A DNA stretch of 64,000 nt from Vicugna vicugna (taxonomy: Eukaryota). The DNA lies in contig MU058718.1 of NCBI GenBank assembly GCA_013265495.1, positions 2,232,001 to 2,296,000 of the forward strand, given 5' to 3'. Shown piece after piece: positions 25,301-37,300 of the stretch (positions are counted from its first letter, which is position 1; each line of letters opens with the position of its first letter). Under the pieces are notes generated by a model. The model ran no database searches, had not been told where the DNA came from, and worked only from the letters and a program-made list of their open reading frames with translations. The position numbers and the translations under genes were made by a program.

Positions 25301-28300
25301 TATCTCCTCTCCCCAGTCCTGGCAGTCACCCTTCTACTTTCTGCTTCTGTGACCTTGAGTGCTTTAGAGACCTCTTATAAATGAAATCATGCAATATTTG
25401 TCTTTTTGTAATTGGTGTATTTCACTTAGCATGAGGTCCTCAAGGTTCATCCATGCTGCAGCATTTGTCAGGACGTCCTTCTTTTTTAAGACTGAATAAT
25501 AGTCCAGTGTGTATGTATGTGTGTGTGTGTGTCTGTCTAGTCTCACATTTTACTGATCCATTCATCATTGATGGATGCTTAGGTTGCTTCTACATCTTGA
25601 CTATTGTGAATAAAGCTGCAGTGAATATGGTTCTGCAAATATCTCATTTTGAGATCTTGTTTTCAGTTCTTTTGGTTATATATCCAGAAATGGGATTGCT
25701 GGATCATATATGGTAGTTCTATTTTTAAAGTTTTTTTTTTTTTGGTGACTTGAAATTTTATTTTATTTTTTCACTTTAAAAAAAAATTGAAGTACAGTCA
25801 GTTACAATATATCAATTACTGGTGTACAGTACAATGTCCCAGTCTTGCATATACATACATATATTCATTTTCATATTTTCTCCCATTAAAGGTTATTACA
25901 AGATATTGAGCATAGTCCCCTGTGCTATACAAAAGAAACTTTAAAAAAAATCTATTTTTATATATAGTGGCTAACATTTGTAAATATCAAACTTCCAGAT
26001 TTATCCCCTCCTACCTCCCTTCTGCGGTAACCATAAGATTGTTTATAAGTCTGATATTCTGTTTCTGTTTTGTAGGTGAGTTCATAGTGTCCTTTTTTTT
26101 TTATTCCACATATGAGTGATATCATACGTTATTTTTCTTTCTCTTTCTGGCTTACTTCACTTAGAATGATGATCTCTAGGTCCAACCACGTTGCTGCAAG
26201 TAGCACTATTCTTTTTTATGGCAGAGTAGTGTGCCATTGTATAAATATACCACAACTTTATCCAGTCATCTGTCGATGGACATTGAGACTGTTTCCATGT
26301 CTTAGCTATTGTATGTAGTGCTGCTGTGAACATTGGGGTGCATGTATCTTTTCACATAAGAGTTCCCTCCAGTTATATACCCAGAATTGGGATTGCTGGA
26401 TCATATGGTAAGTCTATTTTTAGTTTTTTGAGGAATCTCCATACTATTTTCCATAATGGTTGCACCAAACTACATTCCCACCAGCAGTGTAAGAGAGTTC
26501 CCTTTTCTCCACACCCTCTCTAACATTTATCATTTGTGGACTACAATAATTGACATCTGTCCCGTTTTCAAAACACACTCACTCCTCTCTCCCCAAAGCC
26601 TCATCGCATCAGACTTTGATTAAAAAATGACGATGACAATATCTCCCATCCCAGAAACTCTTCTCAACATGTAACCTTATCACTGTGCCTATCCCCTGGT
26701 GGAGTCTGTGTCCCCTCTTTTGAAATGGTTGGGCCTCTGTGACTTCCTTGACCAACAGAACAAGGCTGAAATGATGATATGTGACTTCTGAGGCTGTATG
26801 TCACAAAATGCCACGTGTTTCTGCATTGCTCTGTTTGATTGCTCATTCTTGAAACCCAGCTACTTTGCTGTGAAGTTAAGCCTGAGGAGAAGTCATGTGA
26901 AGAGGAATTGAGGCCACCAACTCACAGCTCTGGCTGAGTTCATAATAGTCAGCAACAGCTTGCTAGCCAGTGAATAAGCCATCTTTAAAGTGGAACCTCC
27001 AGTCAAAATGCGCCACTAATGCAACTTGGACCGGAGATGAGGTTACAGACGTATGGATAAAATGAGTGATTCTTGTAATTTTAAGCCATCAGGTTTCAAT
27101 GTGCTTTGCTGCGTACACAGAGATAGATGCTTGGAACACACCCTCCAAGTGCTCTCATCTGTTTCTGTGGCACTAAGTACACTGATTCTCAAATTTGAAT
27201 TTTCAGGGCTTCATATTTCTTTGGAGTCCCTGTCCCATGTATCTAACTACTAATTAGATGTCTCTCTCCTAAACTCAACTTGTCCAACATTAATGTGTTG
27301 TATTTTACCATGTGTTCTTTCTCCATTATCTTGGTTAGTTTACTGTCTACTCATTCATGGCAGAAACCTACAAAAATCATTCTCAATTCCTACCTCTCCC
27401 TGCATCTATTTCTATATGTTAAATATCTTTTGAATTCTTCATTCTAAAAGCCAGTGCTTTAATCCAGGTTTTTCTCCATCTCTCATGCACTGTTTTAGCA
27501 ACTAAGCTGGTCTACGTTCCTATATTTCACTCCCTTTAAGTTCATACTCCCCATTGCTCACAGAGTGATATTTTTAAAACGCACATATATGATCATGTTA
27601 CAATAATTTTTACACTTCCTCACTGGCTTCAATTTATTTACAGAACAAAGCCCTACTTTCTTAGGAGGATATGTATGGTTTTTAATGATTTGGCCCCTTG
27701 CCAGATCTCCAGCCTTCTTGCTTGTTCCTCCTTTTCACTTTAATACTGAATTACTTACAGTTCTCCAAATACTCAAAGAAGAAATCAGGCTTTTCTGCTC
27801 CTTCATGCTGTTCCACCCATTCAGGTTTTGGCATAATTCAGTTCTGTATTGTCGTAGGACTGAAGGTCCCACTTTCTTGCCGGCTGTTGGCTGGTATTGC
27901 TTTCAGCTTCTGCAGGCTACTCTCAGATCCTGGCCACATGGCCCTCTCACAAAATTGCGGTTTTCTCCTTCAAAGCCAACAGACAGTCTCGCTCCACTGT
28001 GCTAGGACAGTCTTACAGAATGTAATCTAATTAAGGGAATAACTATGTTCTGAGTATCACCCACACTCAAGGGATAAGGATTATACAAGACATGTACACT
28101 AGGAATCTTGAGGGCCATCTCAGAATTCTGCCTACCATAGGTAAATATAGATTTCTCTCTGGAAACTTCAGATTAAAAAAAAAATCCTCAATAATTGGAA
28201 GATTTGCAAGAATGCATCTTCCTGTGTATCTGCTTTTATTCCCTGTATCGGTTACTCAGGGGGCTCTTTCAGTCATTTGTGGGAAATGTTTGTGTTTATT

Positions 28301-31300
28301 TCAGTGATGATTTCTTCTGTTTTCTCCCTTTTCTCTCTCTGGGGCTCCTATTTGAACGTTGCCCTCTTGAACCAACCCTTCAATTTTATTATCTTTTCTA
28401 TTTTCCATCTATCTTTTGCTGCATTTTCTGGCAGATTTATTCAACTTTATTTTTCATTTCTTTATGGATGCAGTGCCTTCCCATCTCCTCGAGCTTATCA
28501 GTGGGGATCTTCTGAACCTTTCTTCTTCCTGAATAGTCTGTGCTTCCTCCATGTTGTTTTTGTGTTTGTTCTGATCTCTACCTTTTATGTTAGAGGCTTT
28601 CCTCAAATGCTTGCAACTCCTTGTTTGTGATTTAGCACGTGAAACTAAAAAGGCTGACTGGAAGTTTTGAGACTGTAGATGGCACTGTTAACTCTGAGCT
28701 CCACAGGGTGCCTGGACCTGGACTGCTTTCTGGTGAACCCCGATGTTAGTATCTTTAGGGTTTTCCTTGTGGTTACTCAAGGTCCCCAGAAAAGGATCTT
28801 CCAGTTTTCTGTAGGAGGACAGAAGTCTGGCTGCTAGCATTCTGGGAGCTGAGTGGGGAGGGGCTGGAAGGAGTCTGAGCATCTGGTTACTTACTCCTCC
28901 TCCTTTGGGCATGGTCTTGACACTCTCAGCTGTTACAGAAATCCCCCCAGATCTCTTCTGGTATAAAGGAGGACAGTTGCCTAAGCTCATGGAGTTGAGG
29001 AGGGAAATCTAGGGATTTAACTGCTTTTCCAAAGGTTTTACCTCTTCCTCCTTATTTTAGAGCCTCCCTGCCATTCCCCTTCCAGTGTTTCTCTCCCAGT
29101 TCCACAGGTGCCAGGCATCAGCATTTCCTGAGCAGTTTTAGGATTCTGCAGTTAAAATTGTTTCTTAGCTTTTTCTCTCATGGCTTAGGGTTTTGCTTTG
29201 TAGATTCTCTAAGTGAACTCTCTAGCTTCCAAAATTTTGCTGCCTTTTCTCTTTTCCTCTCTTCACACATGTATGTTTATCTCTTTTGAAAAATCCCACT
29301 GCTGTAGTTTTCCTGGGCTTTTAGATGTGTGTATTCAAGCAGATGTCAACTCAGATGTTCCTCCCTGTCCTGTAGTATGTCATTGTATGTTAAATTCTTA
29401 CATGGAAGAGTTTGTCCCACAGCTATCTGTTCTGTTTCATTTTAAATATCTATCTCTTTATCAATACAACACTTAATTTTTTAAACACTTTTTGTTTTTT
29501 TCTGAGGGGGAGTAGGTAATTAGGTTTATTTATTATTATTTTTTTTGACAGAGGTACTGGGGATTGAACCCAGAATCTCATGCATGCTAAGCACATACTC
29601 CACCACTGAGCTTTCCCCTCCTCCCACACTATCTTACTTATTTTTGTTTCTTTATAGTATGCTTATTCTTTATGGTTAACTCTTGATAAAATTTGTTAGT
29701 TTCATAATGCTTAATACCTATATATGTACACCAGGAGCATTAAACTTAGAAAATCATAAGACCATTGCTGCTGTTGTTGGATTTATTTACTTGTTTGTTG
29801 TTTTTTTACTTATGTCTTTATTGATAAGAATTAATAGGGTTTAAATGCAAATGTTGGAACATTATTATTGCATAGTGAAGACATTTTTTTCTTTTTCTAA
29901 ATGAAGACTGAAGTTGCTGAGGATCCTCAACAAGTTTCAACTGTTCATCTCCAACTAGGGTTACCACTGGTTTTTATTGTTAGTCGACAAGCTACGTATG
30001 AAGCTGATAGAACAACTGCGGAATGGGTTGCTTGGCGTCTTCTCGGAAAAGCCGGAGTTCTACTCTTGTTAAGGTATTTTAAACACAGAATATTCACTAT
30101 ACTGTGGTTAGCAGAACACTAATGTTTTTCTTATATGGTAGTCCGTTCACTTGTAAATAAACTCAAATCTCTAACAGATTCTAATATAGTTAGACCCAGT
30201 TGCTGTGCTAAAGTTGATATATTAATTATCAGCTTGATTAAAATTAGACCTTTAAACTTTGCTAAATGAAGATGTAGATTAAGACAGGAGAAAATCTGGT
30301 CTGTGTTTATGTACAAAACTTCTCCGACTCATTAAATTGTAACCTTTTTTCATAAACTTTTTTTAGTGTAAGAACTTACAGTTCTATTTTAGATTGACAT
30401 CCTGGATGACTGTTATTCTTGAGAGTAGCAACATAAAACATTTATTTCCATTTTGAAAAAGGGACTCTTTGGAAGTGGACATTCCCGAGCATGCTAATGT
30501 GATCTTCAAAAGAGCAGAAGAGGTTAGTCATTTTATATATTGGTCTACAAAGTCTGCTTATTTACAAAGACTTAGTACATGTGGTCCCAAAGGAACATAT
30601 GCTTATTTTAAGAAAATTCTGTGAATTGCCACTATTCAAAGATAATTACTGTTAACATTTGGTGTGGGTTTTTTTTTCTTCATTTCTTAGTCTGTCTCTT
30701 TCTCTGTGTGTGTGACTAAATATATATATTTTTAAAGAAATTTAGGGATGTGCTATATGTCCTACTTTGCCCCTACAGTTACATTGAATTACTTGCTATT
30801 GTGCTGTGATGCCTGCTCTTTACACTGTTTTGGACGTCACTGATTCTTTTCCTTTCACTAAATTTCTGGAAGTGAATTTTGTTAAAGGAAAAGGAAAATT
30901 TTAAGACTTTAAAAATACATTGTCATATTGTCCTCCAGAAGGGTTATGCTTTTACCAGCACGGTTTGGAATTCCTTGTTTCTCATGTATCTTTGCCAACA
31001 CTGAGCAGTAATCTTTAAAAAAATTGTTTCTGTAAAACAGTTCCTGTTTTAATTTGCATGTCTTTGATAACTTTGACTACTGAGGTTGAGCTTTTGAAGG
31101 TTTATTGGCCATTTGTATTTCCTTTGTAAATTTCCGTTAATGTTCCTTTTTCCTTAACTTTTTCTTAATTAAGAATTATTGAGTGTCTGGTGTGCCCTCT
31201 GCCTGGCCCGCCACCCAAAGCCCCTGCAAGGTTGCTGGGGTGTTCTTTCTGCCTCACTGTGTTGTTCTTTGCCGTTTTGGGGACAAGTAGAAAGGAAGAG

Positions 31301-34300
31301 GCGTTTAATGCATTGATTTGACTTGGTGAAACACTACAGAGAAAAACCACGAGGACCATCCTTCCTGCCCCACCTACGTCTTCCTTCCCCAGCCAAAGGC
31401 CTGACATTTCAAACTACTGTATCTGCCCCAAATCAGATGAAGCCTGATCAGCTAAAACTGGTCATTGGGAACTATGGGATTCTATTTTCACCGATTTGTT
31501 TTTAAAATTATTCTTCTTATAAAATTATGTATACTATGAACATTCTGCAAGTTTGAAAAAAAATTTAGATCCTACATAACTATTGTTGGCATTTAGGATT
31601 TTTTCCTCTGGTCTTATATGTCATCTTTTAAAATACCATAATAAAAATTCTTACTCTCTTTTTTCTTTCTCTCTCTAAAAAGAATTCTTTAATTCTGAAC
31701 ATCTAAATATTATATACATGTGCCAAAAAATTATTGATATGTTTACAAACTGCCAGACAGTTTACACCTAAATTCTCTTGTGTAAGTCTATGGCAGGGAT
31801 ACTGTGTTAGGCGTTAGAAGACTTGGATTCTGTTCCTTCTAGTTCTGGGACCAGATAGATGAATTAATCTCTTCAAGCTCAGTTTTCTCATTTGTGAAAT
31901 AGTCGTAAAACCCCTCCTTTCTAACTTATTAGAAATTGTATAAGACCAAATAGGAAAATACTTTGAGAATGTAGTATTGTTCAAATATGTATCCTGTGGG
32001 ACTAGTATTCTCTGCTTTTTGACAAGGTAATGGAAAGAATACTTTCTGGAGCTATTTTTTTTTTTTTGCTAGTAAAGATCCTTAAATAGGAAATTACTGT
32101 ATTTGTTATTGGGAAATAGGTTTTATAGAAGAATTAAAGTTCATTCTGATTTCCCAGTGCATATAAAAGTTATATTTACACTATACTGTAGTCTTTAAGT
32201 GTGCAATAGCATTATGTTCAAAAAAATGTACATAAATAAAAAATGCCTATTGCTAAAAAATGCTAACCATCATCTGAGCCTCCAGTGAGTCGTAATCTTT
32301 TTGCTGGTGAAGGCTCCTGCCCCCGTGTTGATAACTGCTGACTGATCAGGGCAGTGGTTGCTGAAGGTTAGGGTGGCTGTGGCAGTTTATTAAAATAGAC
32401 AGTAATGAAGTTTGCCACGTTGACTGACTTACTCTTCCTTTTGTGAGCGACTTCTTTGGAGCATGCAGTGCTGCTTAATAAAATTTTACCCTTAGTAGAC
32501 CTTTTTTCAAAATTGGAATCAATCCTCTCAGACCCTGCTGCTGCTTTATCAACTAAATTTTTATAATATTCTCAATCCTTTGCTGTCATTTCAACAGTCT
32601 TCATAGCATCTTCACCAGGAGTAGATTCCATCTCAAGAAACCACTTTCTTTGCTCATTCATGAGAAGCAACTCTTCATCCATTCAAGTTTTATCATGAGA
32701 TTGTAGCAGGGATAATTTATTAAAATAATCTAGTAGCCTAAAATCTCATGTTTTAAAAATGTTTGGTTGAGCCTTAGTGAAAGAAATTCTAGTGGAATAA
32801 TTTCAATGGAATAGAATTTTATATTCTTAAAATAACTGGTGGCAGATAGTATTTTTATGTTATGGCTAAATAGGCAATTGAACTTCTTTGTGGAATTATT
32901 TTAGATAAAGTATTACTTTGAATATTTGAAAATAATTTTGGCCCTGGTTGCAATAAAACTATATATTTCTGTTTTGTATTGAAGTAGGACTTACTGTTAT
33001 ATGTGAAATGTTTCAGAATTCAGCATAACGTAATTGTGACAAGGAGCAAGTGAGACTGTCAGTTCCTCTTTTTTTGCCCTCTTTTTCGGTAGCACACACT
33101 ATCTTTATAGAACGTATACTTTGGATACTTTTACTAGTGATTGTGAAGTTTATTTCCCCCTTTTTGTTTTTTTAAATATTAAAGTTGCAGTTCACAGGTT
33201 TAGTTTCATTTTAGTGTCAAACAAGCAAAGTTTTTTTTTTATTACAATGGTTTGTTATGTTTTAGTCATGTCTTTTAAAATTATGTATTTCTAGGGAGTG
33301 CCAGTGGAATTTTTGGTGTTACATGATATTGATTTAATAATATCCCGTGTAGAAAGTAATACGCACATGAAGGAAACACAGGAATATGAAGACAATGACA
33401 TGGAAGGTCCAGATATGGGTAATATGTTTTTTAATGCTCATACACCCCTCCCATTTCTGCCCAGCATCCCTAAGTTCAGTGAAATTTCAGTGAGTTAACT
33501 TTTCCCATTTGAGAGTATGAAGAAACCTGAAGAAATTAATTTTGAATCTCATTTTAGCAAGTTGATTAGGTGAAGACATGTAAGGATGCTATGTTTTGTT
33601 TAGTGCAATACCCTTCATTGTTCCTTGTCAGGCTTCTAGCTTCCCACACCTGTGCCTTTATCCTCTCCATCAGTTCTTTCAGCCCTCCTGGTCTACTCCA
33701 TGTTTAAAGAGAACCCAGGAGCCGCCATGTGATATTTTATTTTTACTATTTCTATTAGGATATGAAATTCTAATAAATATAGTTGTATTTAGAGTTGTAA
33801 ATAAATCTGGTAACAATATAGGGAATAAATTTCAGTAATATTTGAATATTCTTTGTAACATGTTATGTCTTTTTAAAAACTTTAAAAATTATTTTTATTT
33901 ATTTTTAACACCTTTATTATGGTATGATTCTTGTACAGTAAACTACACATACTTCAGATGTACAATTTAATGAATTTTGATAGATGTATACACCAATGAA
34001 ACTACCACCACAATCAAGATAGCTAACATTTTTAGTAGGTGGGAAAGGATAATTTGGGAATTTGAAATTTGCATCTCTTCTTTTTCTTTTTACTGCTCTT
34101 ACTGCTTACATTTTTGAAGTATTCTATAGTTTTCAAGGTTTTTTTCCCCCAGACATTATTTACTCTAATAGTTATCCTCTGAGTTAGCTGATGTCACCTT
34201 CATATTGTAGATGAAGAATCTGTGTTTTAGCCGAGTTAAGTGATCTGCCCACGGTCACACACGTGGCATGTGGTGGAGCCTTCTTACTTGATCTCTTATT

Positions 34301-37300
34301 TGTGATCATTATCATTCCTGATATCTTCTTTCGTGACATCAGTCCTGTTCTGAAATTGCTCATCTGCTTTTCTCTCTTCTCTACCGATCTACACAATTTC
34401 TAAGGCAGAGATTGTATCTTGTACATTCTTGTATCCCATTTAGTAAATACTTTGTATATAACCCTATTATCATGAGTCCCAAGATGGAAGTAATTTACAT
34501 ATTCTTTTCATGAGGTCCATTTATTATGATGATCAAAATCTATATTATAAATTTAATAAGGGCTCTGAGCTTTCACTGTGACCAGCTTCTTGGTTTGAGC
34601 ATTGCTCTCATTCTTATCTGAAATACAGAGGTTAGAATTGCCTGTGATTTAAGCCAGAGTTCTCCGCAGCATCGTCATTACATGGGCTGACCTGTGTCCT
34701 GCTTTCTTGCTCCTTGCTTTATTCCTATCATGGTTGATACATTCTGATCTTTAGAATCAGGGGACTCATCCAGATGTCAGTTTAGTTTCCTGTCCTCACT
34801 GGGAGTTGCTTGTTTCAAAATTTCCTTATTGTCACATCCTTTATATTATTTCCTGACTCTCCAGCTTTAGTTTGCCCTCTGGTGCTGCCTTCCCTTATTT
34901 TCTCTCTACCTGTCTTCTTTTCCCAGTCCAGTTCTGGTGTTTCTTTTACAGCTTTGTCTCTTGTTTTTTGTTTGTTTGTTTGTTTTTTGTTTTTTTCTTT
35001 TATTGCTTTGTAGTGGGTTTTTTGTTTGTTTGTTTCTTGGTTTGGTCTTAACTTCCTATGTTTGTAATCTATATTGACCTGTAATGTGGTATGATGTAGC
35101 TCCTGTGGACAGCTTCCTTCCCATTTTCATTTCATTCCCATTTACATAGGAAAAACAGATGAGGGTTTGGAAAGAGTTTGTTATCATGTAAGACTGGAAT
35201 ACAAAGAGAGATGTCCTTCACAGGAAATGGTCACAGGATGAATCAGAACAAAATGGACTGGGTTCTACAAAAGAACAATATGAAAGAAAATAATGAACAT
35301 GAATGGCTAAACAGAGTGTGTGTATGTGTATGTATATGTATGTGTGTCTATATATATGTGAATAGATGAAAGGTAGAGATGAGGAGTGAATGAATTTACA
35401 AATGGGGATGGCTTATTAAGAGGATGGGAAAGAGGGAAGGAGGTGTTGGAATAGGATAAGAGAAAAGACGATGGATTGGGAAATAAGAACAGACTGGCAG
35501 GAAAATGAAAATATGTGTAGAATAAGAAAACACATACAGTAAATGAGAAAATAGGCCTTTATTAATTTTGGTATTGAGGGTATAATTTTAGTGTGGCAAT
35601 TAAAAGTGCCTTAAAATTAATATAGTGTAATTCTTATGCTTCACAGATTTGAACATAGAGACACAGAGTTAAGTAACTGATTAGAGCCATATAGCTAAAA
35701 ATTGCTGATATGGTACTGAAATCCATATCTGGTATTTTATAGTATTAGAAATCATATGGAAAATAATAGTTTAGTTTTCTGAATACCTTGTCTTCCTCAC
35801 TTCTTCCTTTTTAGTATGTTAGTACAGAGAATTAGAAACATCATAAAGTAGATAGAAGAATAGATCGAATCTCCAGGCACCCATTACCTGGCCCCACCCA
35901 TCCACCATCAGTCTATGGCTAATTGTCTTCCAATCACTGCCCACCCCTTAATATTTTACAGCAAATTCTAAACACATAAATTCATCCATTAAGATTTTCC
36001 TGCGTATTTCAGAATTATAAGGATTCTCCTTTTAAAATGGACGTAATTAATGCTGTTACTACATCTACAAAGTTAACAGCAGTTCTTCGTATCAGATAGT
36101 CGGTGTTCAGATTTCCAGCTTCATCTTGCTTTTTCATGCTGCTGTGCCTTTGTACATACTGTTCCTTTTACTCCACGTGCCTCTGCTGCCTCCCTAAGTT
36201 TTATTTTTCATTTAATGTTCAGATAATGTCAGCCCTTCTAGGAAGCTTTGTCTCTCCGATCAAATTAGATGTCCCTCCAGTGTTACAATCTGTACAGACT
36301 TCTAACAGGATATTTATGAATTCAAAATGTGTTTTTTTAACCACATACATGGATAAATGGACAAATGGATGAATGGGTGGGTGGGTCTGTCTTTCTTAAT
36401 GAAAAGTTTTTTTTTTTTTAGATTTAATTGACATGTAACATTATGTTAGTTTTAGTTATACAACATAATTTGATATTTCTATACACTGTGACTAATGAAA
36501 GGTTTTACATATTCAGAATCCACTCATAACTCAATATAGTTAGAATAAAATCCAAAATTTTTGGCTCATATGGCTTCTTACGATGCAGCTACTGCCTAGC
36601 CTAGAGTTTTCTCATGTCATTCCTTCAGTCCATCCTGTTTTAGTCAAATTTGCCTTCCCTCAGCACCTAGAATGTGCTGAGGTCCCTTATGTCTCAGAGC
36701 CTTTGCATATGCTGTTCTTTTTGCCTAAAAATTTTTTTATTGATTATGTATCTGGTAGACTTTGGATCTCCCAATCTCAATCTCCCTGTTATAGTCTCAT
36801 TGTGTCTTTTACCTTTCTTCTTAGACCAATCACATTTATACTTAGATATTTATTTGGTGGTAAGTTTATTGACTGACTTTTCCATAGATAGAATCTCTAT
36901 GTGATCAGGGGCTACGTCTGTTTTGTTTACCACTCTCTTTAGTCTCCATCCCAGTGCTTACCATGCAGCTGAAGCTAAAGAAACACTGTCAAATATGTTT
37001 GGGAGGACTTTTCTGGATTATAAATTAATATATTTATTAGAAACAGAAGATCAGTATTCACAGTATTTCTTGACAAGTTTAATTCCTTTTGGAGTTGACT
37101 AAAACTTGACAATTTCTGGGACAAGAAGCATCTCAGAGTCATTTAAGATAGGTAGCCAGACAACTGGAAAGCTTTCTAAATATCATGCATGTTAAATACT
37201 AAGATAGTATGAATTCAGAAGTTTTATAAAGTACCAAATTTTTGTATGCTTGCCTAGAAGAAGAGCTTAAATAGTTTTAATTACACATTTATATTTACAT

